Translations under genes and position numbers: made by a program
Shown here: piece by piece, positions 1-10,420 of the stretch
How positions within the stretch are numbered: position 1 is the stretch's first letter
Layout: each line of letters opens with the position of its first letter
Assembly (NCBI GenBank): GCA_950097015.1
Contig: CATNEN010000038.1
Location: forward strand, 11,160,001-11,224,000
Direction of reading: 5' to 3'
DNA length: 64,000 bases
Source: Macrostomum hystrix
Lineage: Eukaryota > Animalia > Platyhelminthes
Notes under the pieces: generated by a model
What the model saw: the letters and a program-made list of their open reading frames with translations, nothing else
The model's database searches: none
What the model was told of the DNA's origin: nothing

Positions 1-490
1 AAATAGACAAAGTAGACAAAGTAGATAAAGTAGACAAAGTAGATAAAGTTAAGGAAGTAGAGGAGGCATATAGAGTAGAAAAGTAAAGATAGAGTAGTAA
101 AGTCTCAATCCACTAAAAGTAGAGTTAGGTAGAAAAAGTAGACAAAGTAGAGAAAGTAGATAACGTAGAGAAAGTAGATAACGTAGAGAAAACTAGAGAA
201 AGTAGACAAATTAGATAGAGTAGAGAAAGTAGATAAAGTAGATAAAGTAGATAAAGTAGACAAAGCTGATAAAGTATATAAAGTAGACAAAGTAGACAAA
301 GTAGAGAAACTAGAGAAAGTAGATAAAGTAGAGAAAGTAGAGAAAGTAGATAAAGTAGAGAAAGTAGAGAAACTAGAGAAAGTAGATAAAGCAGATAAAG
401 TTTACAAAGTAGATAAGTAAAATAAGTTAGATAAAGTGGATAAAGTAGATAAAGTAGACAAAGTAGAGAAGGTAGATAAAGTAGATAAGA
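1..490. repeat. 9-bp minisatellite (AAAGTAGA[T/C/G])n
   Basis: Direct tandem repetition of aaagtagat/aaagtagac/aaagtagag. Confidence 0.95.
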
Positions 491-1394
491 TGAAGAAATC
501 AACAAGCAAGCAGACAGTAGCCAAGTGAATTGAATACTTTTCAGTTGAGAGTGATCAGACTCGGCAAAGTTTCTCATAAAGCATCGGATAAGAATCGTAA
601 TCCGAAATTGACCAATCAATAACAGAAGCAATCAAGCAGGCCAACACACACACACACGCACACACACACTTAGAGGGATGCAAATAATATGACCGCGGAA
701 CCGGTGCACACGCGTGGCTGAAACCAGCTTTGAGTATCAAGTGGTTCCAGCTATCCAAAAGCCCACTTTAGTCGGCGCCTGCTAATGAGTGGAAAATTGA
801 GGCTCGAACCAAACTAGATGGAGCACAACCAACAAGCCCCCCAATCTATCGCTGTCCATCTAGCTATCTATCCCCGCATCTCCGGCATAGTTTGGCTAGT
901 AACTCCAAAAAACTGGCTCGAATTTCAATTTCCTATCAGCCTCGAACGCGTTAACGCCAAGAAAATACTCCAGCAGGCCTTCTCTGGAGTAGGGGATACT
1001 CAAGAAGCATTTTCTAGAGCGACAGGGCAGGGTTAGAGAGAGTGGGGGGTAGGGCTGTTCGGGGTATGAATGTCGGCTATCATTTGCTGCAACTTTTCTG
1101 CACCATCCAACACGACACCCTGCCACTCGTTTGGCGGTCCGAAACTGCTAAAAACTATCAATAATGATTCTGTTCATCATACACGGGTACCAGGCTGAGC
1201 TGGCAACTGGACTGGCTACGAAATGCTGAAAATCGGATTAGGCCCCTTCGCCTCCACATTTTTTGCCCCAGTCATAAAAACTGGAAATTTTGGCTCGCAA
1301 TTCAGCTTAGACCGAGCGCTGTCTTGTCATGCCCGTCTCATGTGCTTTATCCCATATTCAGAGTCTTCTCTCTACTCACTCTCCTCTCTTCTCA

Positions 1395-2000
1395 GTCTAA
1401 TCTCTCCTCACCTCTGTTTCATCTCTACTCTCTCCTCATCCCGTCTAATCTCTCCTCTATCCCCTGTCTAATCTCTCCTCATCCCATGTCTAATCTCTCC
1501 TCTATCCCCTGTCTAATCTCTCCTCTATCCCCTGTCTAATCTCTCCTCATCCCATGTCTAATCTCTCCTCTATCCCCTGTCTAATCTCTCCTCATCCCCT
1601 GTCTAATCTCTCTTCTATCCCCCGTCTAATCTCTCCTCTATCCCCTGTCTAATCTCTCCTCATCCCCTGTCTAATCTCTCCTCATCCCCTGTCTAATCTC
1701 TCTTCTATCCCCCGTAAAATCTCTACTCTCTCCAATGTCTAATCTCTACTCTCTCGAATGTCTAATCTCTCCTCTATCCCCCGTCTAATCTCTCCTCATC
1801 CCCTGTCTAATCTCTCATCACCTGTCTAATCTCTATTCTATCCCCCATCTAATCTCTACTCTCTCTAATGTCTAATCTCTCCCCTATCCCTGTCTAGTCT
1901 CTCGACTACACCCTTCTAATCTCTCTTCTCTCCCCTGTCTAATCTCCATCCCTCCCCCATCAAATTTATTATCTTTCCCCTATCTAATCTCTCCTCTCCC
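1395..2000. repeat. 22-24-bp pyrimidine-rich minisatellite (CTGTCTAATCTCTCCTCTATCCC)n
   Basis: Tandem units visible, degenerating at both edges. Confidence 0.9.
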
Positions 2001-2629
2001 CTGTCAAGTATCTCTCCCCAATCTAGTGTCACTCTCGTCTGTCCGGTATCCTTCTCCAATCATCTCTCCCAGTCACTCGGCAAAAAGCCGAAAATGCACT
2101 CACCCTCCACTAGTAATAATTTTGATAGCCTGGAGTCCATCATCATCGCTTCGGAATGCGTGACTTGACAAAATTGAAATTCAATCACTTGTCAGACTAA
2201 ACCGAGCGGGAGAAAACCTCCGCTATGGACAGTTAATTGCGATCCGCTGCTGGCTCAGACACAGACACCACAGAGATTGCGGCTAGCGATCGATCGGGTT
2301 TGACTCCTCCCAGTTTTTTTACTATATCGATTTTTATCAGTTGAGCCAAGCCTCAAACTGGCACATATCACATTTAAACTATCGCTGACAGCAGAAAATG
2401 CAAAACGGTATTTGACGATTCGCAATGATTTAGACAGTTTTAATCGGCATCTATCACGCTTCTAGTGCGTAGCTGGTGGGCTATTTATCATCAAAGTAAC
2501 TTACTTCTTTAAACTTTTAGGTTAGAAAAAAATTGCCAGACTGACACATTTTAATCGGAAATTTAGGAAAATATAACAGCTCTAATCTCAAAATACCAAC
2601 GTCATTAAATACGTATCCGTTTTTCTCAA

Positions 2630-3005
2630 TCCTGATTGGCTGAAAGCTTATCTCACTATATGTCTTCAACTCCCTACTAACAACCTCACTCCGCACTGAT
2701 CAATTTCTCTCTTCTTATTGGCTGAAGCTTATCCAGCTCTCCTGACTAGAACCTCTCTCCACGCCACTAGCCACCTCACTCCACACTGATCCAGTTCTCT
2801 ATTCTAATTGGCTGAAGCTTATCCAGCTGTCCTGACTAGAACCACCTCCTCTCCACTAGCCACCTCACTCCATACTGGCCCTTTTTGGTTTCTAATTGGC
2901 TGACAAATAGCCCCTCCAATGCGTTAACTCTACTAGCCAACTCATTCCACACAAAATATGGAATGAGTTTCCATTTCGCTGATATTTTAACTGGCTAAAG
3001 CTCTG
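2630..3005 (-). promoter_or_regulatory. ~88-bp tandem units, each with an inverted CCAAT box (ATTGGCTGA) plus CCACCTCACTCC; candidate NF-Y-type element
   Basis: attggctga at about 2635, 2717, 2807 and 2895; cacctcactcc between them. Function is inferred. Confidence 0.4.
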
Positions 3006-3519
3006 CCATTCTCCCATTAAAAAATCAATCAGCGTTATCCATAAGAAAATCACACTCTCAAAAATATTTTATTTCACTAATTAGCAATGAATTTCGCCGC
3101 TTTTCAAAAAAATATCTTCTTTTCACGGCACAAACAAGCGAAAATTTAGCACAAAAATTGAAATAAAGAACCTACAAAAAGTATTCAATAATATACATAC
3201 TGGAAGTAGTAATTTCAGTTTAACTAGAAAATATCTAATGTAAAATGTAAAAATGTTAAATTAAAGTTTTTTACAAGAGCGTAAAGAGACAAAAGAGAGA
3301 GACAATGAAAAGCACTTCGTCCAAAAAAATTAAAGCAATAAAAAGTAAACGATAACGATAATGTTCTGACAGTTTTGGCAGCAAATCAGAGACTCTTGAG
3401 ATCAGAAAATACGAGCGATAGATTAAAAAAAGCGATAGAGAGAGGGAAATGTAACTTAGAAAATGTAACTTTCAGAGCAAGGGTCAAAAAAGAAAGGTAA
3501 GACGATGAGTGAGAAGAGA

Positions 3520-3915
3520 CAGGGGACAGGAAGGGTGAGATCAGACAGGGGGAGAGGAAGGGTGAGATCAGACAGGGGGAGAGGAAGGGTGAGACCAGAC
3601 AGGGGAGAGGAAGGGTGAGATCAGACAGGGGAGATGAAGGGTGAGATCAGACAGGGGGAGAGGAAGGGTGAGACCAGACAGGGGGAGAGGAAGGGTGAGA
3701 CCAGACATGGGGAGAGGAAGGGTGAGATCAGACAGGGGGAGAGGAAGGGTGAGATCAGACAGGCGGAGATGAAGGGTGAGATCAGACAGGGTGAGATCAG
3801 ACAGGGGGAGAGGAAGGGTGAGACCAGACATGGGGAGATGAAGGGTGAGATCAGACAGGCAGAGATGAAGGGTGAGATCAGATAGGGGAGAGGAAGGGTG
3901 AGATCAGTCAGGGTG
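3520..3915. repeat. 27-bp purine-rich minisatellite (GAGATCAGACAGGGGGAGAGGAAGGGT)n
   Basis: Tandem units starting about 35 nt past the stop codon of caspase-like gene A. Confidence 0.95.
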
Positions 3916-3950
3916 ATGGGAAGGATAGCCGTAGAGCACGCAGGTTTTGT

Positions 3951-4640
3951 TCAAAGGTGAGCAAAGAAGAATTTCTTAGTGAGATGGCTGGCATAGGCCA
4001 CAGCCATAGGTGCTAGATCAGGATCCAGCGGGTGCAGCCTGGCACGCCGGTTAAGCATTGTCATTAGCTGATGAAACTCGAGTCGACTGCCGAAGCGAGT
4101 CAGGGTCTCGCACAGCAGACTGTTGAAATCGTTGCCACCGTAGCCAAACACCAGGGCGGTGTCAACGAAGGCCGGCAGGCCGTTGCTGGCCGCGGTCGAA
4201 GCTGCCGCAGCGTCGCCGGCTGCCAACAACGCGGCGTCGCAGCAGACAGTCGAGTTGAGCATGGCGGCCTCGTTCTCATACTGGACAATGAACAGTTTCG
4301 GCTTGCCGTGCCACATCGCCGAATTAGAGAACGGCCGCAGCAGCCGGTCGAAGTCCAAGTCCAGGCCGGAGATGTTGATGCCCCAGCTGTCCATCGCGTT
4401 GTAGCAGCCGACCATGGCAACAACCAGACAGCAGCAGCCTTCGTAGGCGCGGTCGCTAGCCAGGGCTTCGAAGTAGTTCAGCACGTCGCGAGCGTTCTCA
4501 CCGTTGCCAACATTTGTCTCCAGCCACTGGAATTGCATCTCGGCGAAGGCGTCGCGCAACGGCTGGATTCGAACTCGGGGATTGTCGCGAAATATCAGGC
4601 ACAGCTTCGGTGCGCCTGTTGTGTTGTACACTTGCGACAT
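3951..4640 (-). CDS. Caspase-fold protein A, catalytically degenerate (pseudo-caspase), single coding exon, 229 aa, no prodomain
   Basis: Caspase landmarks in order: Y....PKLCLIF (beta1); CCCLVVAMVGC where caspases have ...ILSHG; WHGKPKLFIVQYENE where caspases have GKPKxFxIQACRG; LPAFVDTALVF (p10 start); LEFHQLMTMLNR; ASHLTKKFFF C-terminus. Confidence 0.8.
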   Translation of the reverse strand: MSQVYNTTGAPKLCLIFRDNPRVRIQPLRDAFAEMQFQWLETNVGNGENARDVLNYFEALASDRAYEGCCCLVVAMVGCYNAMDSWGINISGLDLDFDRLLRPFSNSAMWHGKPKLFIVQYENEAAMLNSTVCCDAALLAAGDAAAASTAASNGLPAFVDTALVFGYGGNDFNSLLCETLTRFGSRLEFHQLMTMLNRRARLHPLDPDLAPMAVAYASHLTKKFFFAHL

Positions 4641-4673
4641 TGCTGCTGCTGCAATGGGTTCGTGACTGCCTGG

Positions 4674-4674
4674 C

Positions 4675-4713
<39 letters not shown>

Positions 4714-4730
4714 GCTTATCTGTCTGTCTG
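4674..4730. repeat. (TCTG)n microsatellite just upstream of caspase-like A
   Basis: Direct. Confidence 0.9.
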
Positions 4731-5341
4731 AAATAGATGTCTGAATAAATATTCTAACTAAAATAAGAATATATACCTAAACAGCAATACATTACAAGTT
4801 TAATAAAAAGTTGTATATCAAATCTACATATTTATGTAACAGAAAACTTCCACATTCAACATTCAGATATATATATTTAAATAGATAAGGTGTTTATGAA
4901 ATAATTTAGTAGGCTTGTTTTCATTTCAAACTTTTCTTCGAATTAAAAAGCACGCATGAGTAACACGAAGATAAAAAGAAATGGAATCTAAAGTAAAAGA
5001 AAAAAATAGAATACAATATAAAATAATTTATATCTACTTTTAGTATATATAATTATCTTTTTGAATTCAATTAATGCTGCTAAGGCAGAAAGTTAAAAGA
5101 GCTGTCCTGTTAATCGTACTTTGCACGTTAACATTCCTATGATTTAATTTGCACACTGACTGTCTGCCACCCACCTCACTCCGCAGCCTATCATCGATTT
5201 CCCGTCAAGGGTACACCCCACCCTCCGCAAGACACCTCACTCCGCAGCGAATCATCGATTTCCCGTCAAGGGTACACCCCAACTTCCGCCAGACACCTCA
5301 CTCCGCACCCGCTCATTCTGATTGGCTGTAACTCGTCCCCT

Positions 5342-7161
5342 CTACCGCCCCGCCGCGCCGAAGTGCACCAGTCCAGTCAGCGTGCTGATCACCTTCGGCA
5401 TGGCGACCTCGGCGCTGCCATACTTAGCAACCGCGGCCATGAAATTCAGCGTCAGTTCAGAGATTTCAACTTGGCTGCAGCTCTCCGCGGCTGCTAGAAA
5501 GGCTCCGGCCAGCTCGGCCGGGGGATTCGGCACCTGCGCACCGGCGTAGAATGGCAACGGCGAGTACAGAATGTAGAAGTCGGGGCCAAGATTCACCTCC
5601 GGACAGCGGGTCAGGGCGATGCGATCGGTCAGTCGTTGGTTGCATCCAAACATCCAGCCGATGTGATGCCGACGCGGGTGCCAACGATGCCCCAGTCTGA
5701 GCTGCTCGCGAGGAGAATGGATGAAGAAAAGCTTCGGCTTGCCGGCCAGTCCGGGGCACTTTTCGGCTCGGAACATGTCAAACAACTGAGATAATTGCAG
5801 CTGATCGAGCAGGGGATTGTTGGCTAACTCAGCGTCGTTATTGCCGCCATAGCCGTATCTTAAGCCGAAGCTGTTGCCATTGTAACTCCAACCGGGAGTG
5901 TTGCTTGCCTGCGAGAGCGCAAGGTCAATGTGTTTTTGGTCCAGGCATAATTGGGTCAGGGATCATTGGGTCAGGGATCATTGGGTCAGGGATAATTGGG
6001 TCAGGGATAATTGGGTCAGGGATCATTGGGTCAGGGATCATTGGGTCAGGCATCATTGGGTCAGGCATCATTGGGTCAGGGATCATTGGGTCAGGGATCA
6101 TTTGGTCAGGCATCATTGGGTCAGGGATCATTGGGTCAGGGATCATTGGGTCAGGGATCATTGGGTCAAGGATCATTGGGTCAAGGATCATTGGGTCAGG
6201 GATCATTGGGTCAGGGATCATTGGGTCAGGGATCATTGGGTCAGGCATCATTGGGTCAGGGATCATTGGGTCAGGCATCATTGGGTCAGGGATCATTGGG
6301 TCAGGCATCATTGGGTCAGGGATCATTGGGTCAGGGATCATTTGGTCAGGCATCATTGGGTCAGGGATCATTGGGTCAGGCATCATTGGGTCAGGGATCA
6401 TTGGGTCAGGGATCATTGGGTCAGGGATCATTGGGTCAAGGATCATTGGGTCAGGCATCATTGGGTCAGGGATCATTGGGTCAGGGATCATTGGGTCAGG
6501 GATCATTGGGTCAAGGATCATTGGGTCAAGGATCATTGGGTCAAGGATCATTGGGTCAGGGATCATTGGGTCAGGGATCATTGGGTCAGGCATCATTGGG
6601 TCAGGGATCATTGGGTCAGGGATCATTGGGTCAGGGATCATTGGGTCAGGGATCATTGGGTCAGGGATCATTGGGTCAGGGATCATTGGGTCAAGGATCA
6701 TTGGGTCAGGGATCATTGGGTCAGGGATCATTGGGTCAGGGATCATTGGGTCAGGGACCATTGGGTCAAGGACCGTGGGTCAGGGACAGTGGGTCAGGGC
6801 TTACCTGAGCGTGCATGGAGCCGGTGAGAACCACGCCAGGTGGCGGCACCAGCAGGAAGCCGTACTGGCAGATGAGTACAATAAGCAGGCAGTCCGCCTG
6901 ACCGTGATCAGCTGACTCAGCCAGCCGCTGTAGGCCGGCAGTCAAGGAGCTCACGCTGACATCGTCCAGAACATTGATACGCTGCCTGTCGAAGCCAAGG
7001 CGGAAAAGCGCCCTTTCGTAGTCTTTGATCCGGGCCGGCAGGTCGACAGCGAACGGCGGCGGATGATCGCCGAATTTGATCGTGGCGATGACGCAACAAC
7101 CTCGCCGAGCCATCGGGTAGCTCGGCAGTGCCAGTTCTAGCTCGCTGGCGATGCAATCCAT
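5342..7161 (-). CDS. Caspase-fold protein B, catalytically degenerate; exons 7161-6805 and 5908-5342
   Basis: Exon 1 has YPMARRGCCVI, LFRLGF and DHGQADCLLIVLICQYG (His site lost). Phase-0 intron CAG|GTAAG...TCGCAG|GCA joins in frame to FRAEKCPGLAGKPKLFFIHSPRE (QACRG lost), PDFYILYS and MPKVISTLTGLVHF. Confidence 0.8.
5945..6800. repeat. 15-bp minisatellite (GGGTCAGGGATCATT)n filling the intron of caspase-like B
   Basis: About 55 near-identical units between the donor at 6804 and the acceptor at 5909. Confidence 0.97.
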
Positions 7162-7254
7162 TGAGGTCAGCTGAGTCCAAAATTACTCTAGTTCTGATGG
7201 CCGACTGCTGGCTGCAAAAGTAGACAGGGAATGCTGTCCATTGTGTGATTGACG

Positions 7255-7630
7255 TGGGTCAGGAATCGTGGGTAAATAGAATATGGGTCACAGAACATGG
7301 GTCAGGGATCATGGGTCACAGAACATGGGTCACAGAAAATGGGTCACAGAAAATGGGTCAGGGATCATGGGTCACAGAACATGGATCACAGAACATGGGT
7401 CAGGGATCATGGGTCACAGAACATGGGTCACAGAACATGGGTCACAGAACATAGGTCACAGAACATGGGTCAGGGATCATGGGTCAATCTGGAAAATCAT
7501 GGAAAATCTTCATTTAAAAAGGTAGAAGAAAGTAACAGAAAAAAACAACTTTAAAAACATTTTCTTGGTCAGGGATCATTGGATCAGGGATCATTAGATC
7601 AGGGATCATTGGATCAGGGTTTATTGGATT
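7255..7630. repeat. Related mixed array (GGGTCACAGAACAT / GGGTCAGGGATCAT) upstream of caspase-like B
   Basis: Same GGGTCA core as 5945-6800. Confidence 0.85.
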
Positions 7631-7741
7631 TTTTGTCAGAGGAAATGTTTTATAGACAATGTTTGATTAATAATGTATCATAGAAAGAGGTTTTGATTGT
7701 CTAATTCAAATTAGCGCATGTAGAACGGTTGGACCAGTCTG

Positions 7742-8587
7742 TCAACGCTGGAAAAAAAGTCGGTACTGACGCCTCGCTCGAGTTCCGTGTACTTTTAGCG
7801 AATCAAATCCAGCAGGGAGGTGCGAAAGTCCCGGCCTCAGACTTCCGCCCATCAGTGCGAGCTGCAGGGCGCCGGACAAACTCCTGCCAGCCCGCAGCAC
7901 AGCGAAGTCCGACCAGTCGGCTGGGAACACATCCGCCTTGGGTTAAACTATTGGGCTGGCGTCGGAGGCCAAGGGTAGCTGAGTACTGCTCACCTGGCGG
8001 TTAGCGGAAACAGTCGGTCTGGATTGAGCACGTCTGAGTAATAAATTAAAAAGAATTATGACAATAAGATTTGAGGCATTTGAAAATTGCGCATCTGAAG
8101 GCTGCGTACGGCTGTTCAGTCCATGGACTGGGAAGGCGAAGTCAAACGAGAAAGATAATTAATTCTGCCCAATTCGCTGACTCCTGAGTACAGACGAACA
8201 TAGATACCGTACGCAGGCACGCGCTCACACAGGTGTGTATATCTGCCCTGACTTTCTCATAGTCAGGCAGTGTGCACTCTCACTGTGCCTTTCACTTTCA
8301 TTAGCGCCCCAAGCCTTCTCTCTGCGGCTGCGCTCCAGGTAAACGTGGCCTCGCCGCATACTAGTTTCTAACTTACAAATATATTTAAAATAGAAGTTGC
8401 TCACCTGAAAGAAAAACAACTTCGGTTTGCCTCGCCACGCAATTTCCTCTTCAGCCAATCGTGAGCAAGTCCAGATATGCTCAAACAGGTGGACAACCTC
8501 AGTAACAGGCGGATGTAGCAAGTCTTGTAAAATCATGCATCGCTTTTCACCGAAAGATAAATCGTAGGGTTCAACAGTTCTGGACAT
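7742..8587 (-). pseudogene. Caspase-like gene C, internally deleted or disrupted; segments 8587-8405, 8033-8001 and 7930-7742
   Basis: MSRTVEPYDLSFGEKRCMIL...WRGKPKLFFFQ|GTGAG donor. Acceptor TACTCAG gives TCSIQTDCFR*. A downstream frame, FPADWSDFAVL...HGTRARRQYRLFF, resembles a caspase small subunit. Confidence 0.55.
8089..8135 (-). mobile_element. SINE 3'-end fragment
   Basis: gcgcatctgaaggctgcgtacggctgttcagtccatggactgg matches the copies at 19791 and 51398. Confidence 0.7.
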
Positions 8588-9937
8588 TCAGATGGCTGAG
8601 ATTACAATTTTTTAATTCATGCCACTATAGGTTTTACTTATATGTCAGAGAGACTTAATTCACTGAACAAGCTTTTGTCCAAAATAAGTATGGATAATAT
8701 AGTTCAATTGAAAAAATATATATAAAAGTAAATATTAAGTATTTTGAATTTGTCAATAAGCAACTAATATGATTATCGAATTTTTGTTGATATGTCATTA
8801 TCTATATTAACAAATTGATCAATATTAACAAAAGTTACAAAGCAATGTAAGAATACATATATAGCTATTCATTTTTGTAAATTTTTGTAGTTCTTTTATA
8901 TTAGCCACATACTATTGCTTAAACAGTAAGGTAAAGTTTTAACTATTGAGGCAGAACCTAATTTTATATAGTATAATTTTTATAACTTGAATTCCCGCCA
9001 AATGCATTTCCCCCAATTTTTATCCTTTGTTTATCTGTATCCTGTCACACACCTCAAAATTCGCTATAAAAACAACTGCAAATTAGCTCTAAAACTTCAA
9101 CCGGTGCCCCATGCCCAGTTCAGTGGTGAATAAAAGAGAAAAGTCTCAAAGTGTTTAATTGTTCTTATTTAGAGAGAGAGAGAAAAGCAGATCTGTGATC
9201 ACACATAAGTCAGTAAATATTTGAAAGAATAAAAAAGGAGATAATTATCAAAAGCAGTATAGTTTAATAACTGAAAGAACAGAGGGTAAATCCAAATTGG
9301 TGGAATAGCACTGTGTGCGAAGTTGGGCAAATTCAGTCCATTTGGAAGCCTAGAAAGACTGGGAAAAACCAGAAGGCCAGATAGTCTATGAGAAAGTAAG
9401 GAGAGGAAGAAGTATCTTGCCACTCAGACACTTGTGTGAACGCTACCATATTTGGGAAAGAAAGCAGCCTATCTGGCTAAATTAAGCAATATATACATAT
9501 GAAATAAGAAAAGTACATAGCCAGTCCATGAAGTATAGTTAAGTCATTGACAAAGGAAATTAGGAATTATTCCAATTTAATTTAGGGGGTAATAGGGTAA
9601 ATTTAAGGTGTAATAGAAGTGAGTTGTAATATTAATAAAAGAGCCCTACAACACTATCAAAGTGTTCAGAAGTAAATATGCAATACTATATAATTTATTT
9701 TAAAGCCTCGAATTTACAAACCGACAATTATTTTGAGCACTAAATGATTCAAGGTACTACAAACCACATCGTTGTAAATTGTAACTATAGTTATAATGCC
9801 CAAGGTTCTTTATAAATATTTCATTCAGCTATTTTTCTTTTTAAGTGACAAAATATTGCAAACAATGTTTGTCTCAATTGTATTGTGGTAGAGAAGCACT
9901 CTTAACAGATAATAGTAAGACAAAACTCAATATTATT

Positions 9938-9975
9938 TGCGACGCGTTTCGGCTAAAACTAGCCATCTTCAGGCA
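9938..9975 (-). ncRNA. Minimal type I hammerhead ribozyme motif
   Basis: UGC-CUGAAGA-U-GGCUA-GUUU-UAGCC-GAAA-CGCG-UC-GCA: complete core, 5-bp stem II, palindromic short stem III, UGC/GCA stem I. Confidence 0.85.
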
Positions 9976-10382
9976 CTATTGAACAGAATTTATTTCAACC
10001 TATTAAATACTGTGTAGACGACAAAGTCTACAAAATCAAAAATATTTTTTGTGGAATGACAGGACAGAGAAAAAGAGAGAGAGAGAGTTACACAATTAAG
10101 TTAATTATGCACATTAAGTTACACAAACCCACTCTCATTGTCCAACTATCTGGAGGAGGTGCGAGTGAACAGCTGTTGGTGTTCTAAGCTAGAGTACATT
10201 TGGGGTGCATACACCTCATTCTCTCTCTCTCTCTCTCTTTTTCTCTGTCCTGTCATTCCACAAAAAATATTATGAACATTGCTATACTGTACATTGATCC
10301 TTTAGTCCTTTTATATCTTTTCAATACCTGATTTTGTCGTCTACACAGTATTTAATAGGTTGAAATAAATTCTGTTCGATAG

Positions 10383-10420
10383 TGCCTGAAGATGGCTAGT
10401 TTTAGCCGAAATGCGTCGCA
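10383..10420 (+). ncRNA. Minimal type I hammerhead ribozyme motif (stem III C>U variant)
   Basis: tgc ctgaaga t ggcta gttt tagcc gaaa tgcg tc gca. Confidence 0.8.

Noticed and set aside
4071-4736. 221-aa plus-strand ORF
   Set aside because: Antisense shadow of the GC-rich caspase-like A CDS.
5898-6915. Repeat ORFs (HWVRD, GSGII, PDPMI)
   Set aside because: They are the intronic 15-bp array, bounded by the splice sites of caspase-like B.
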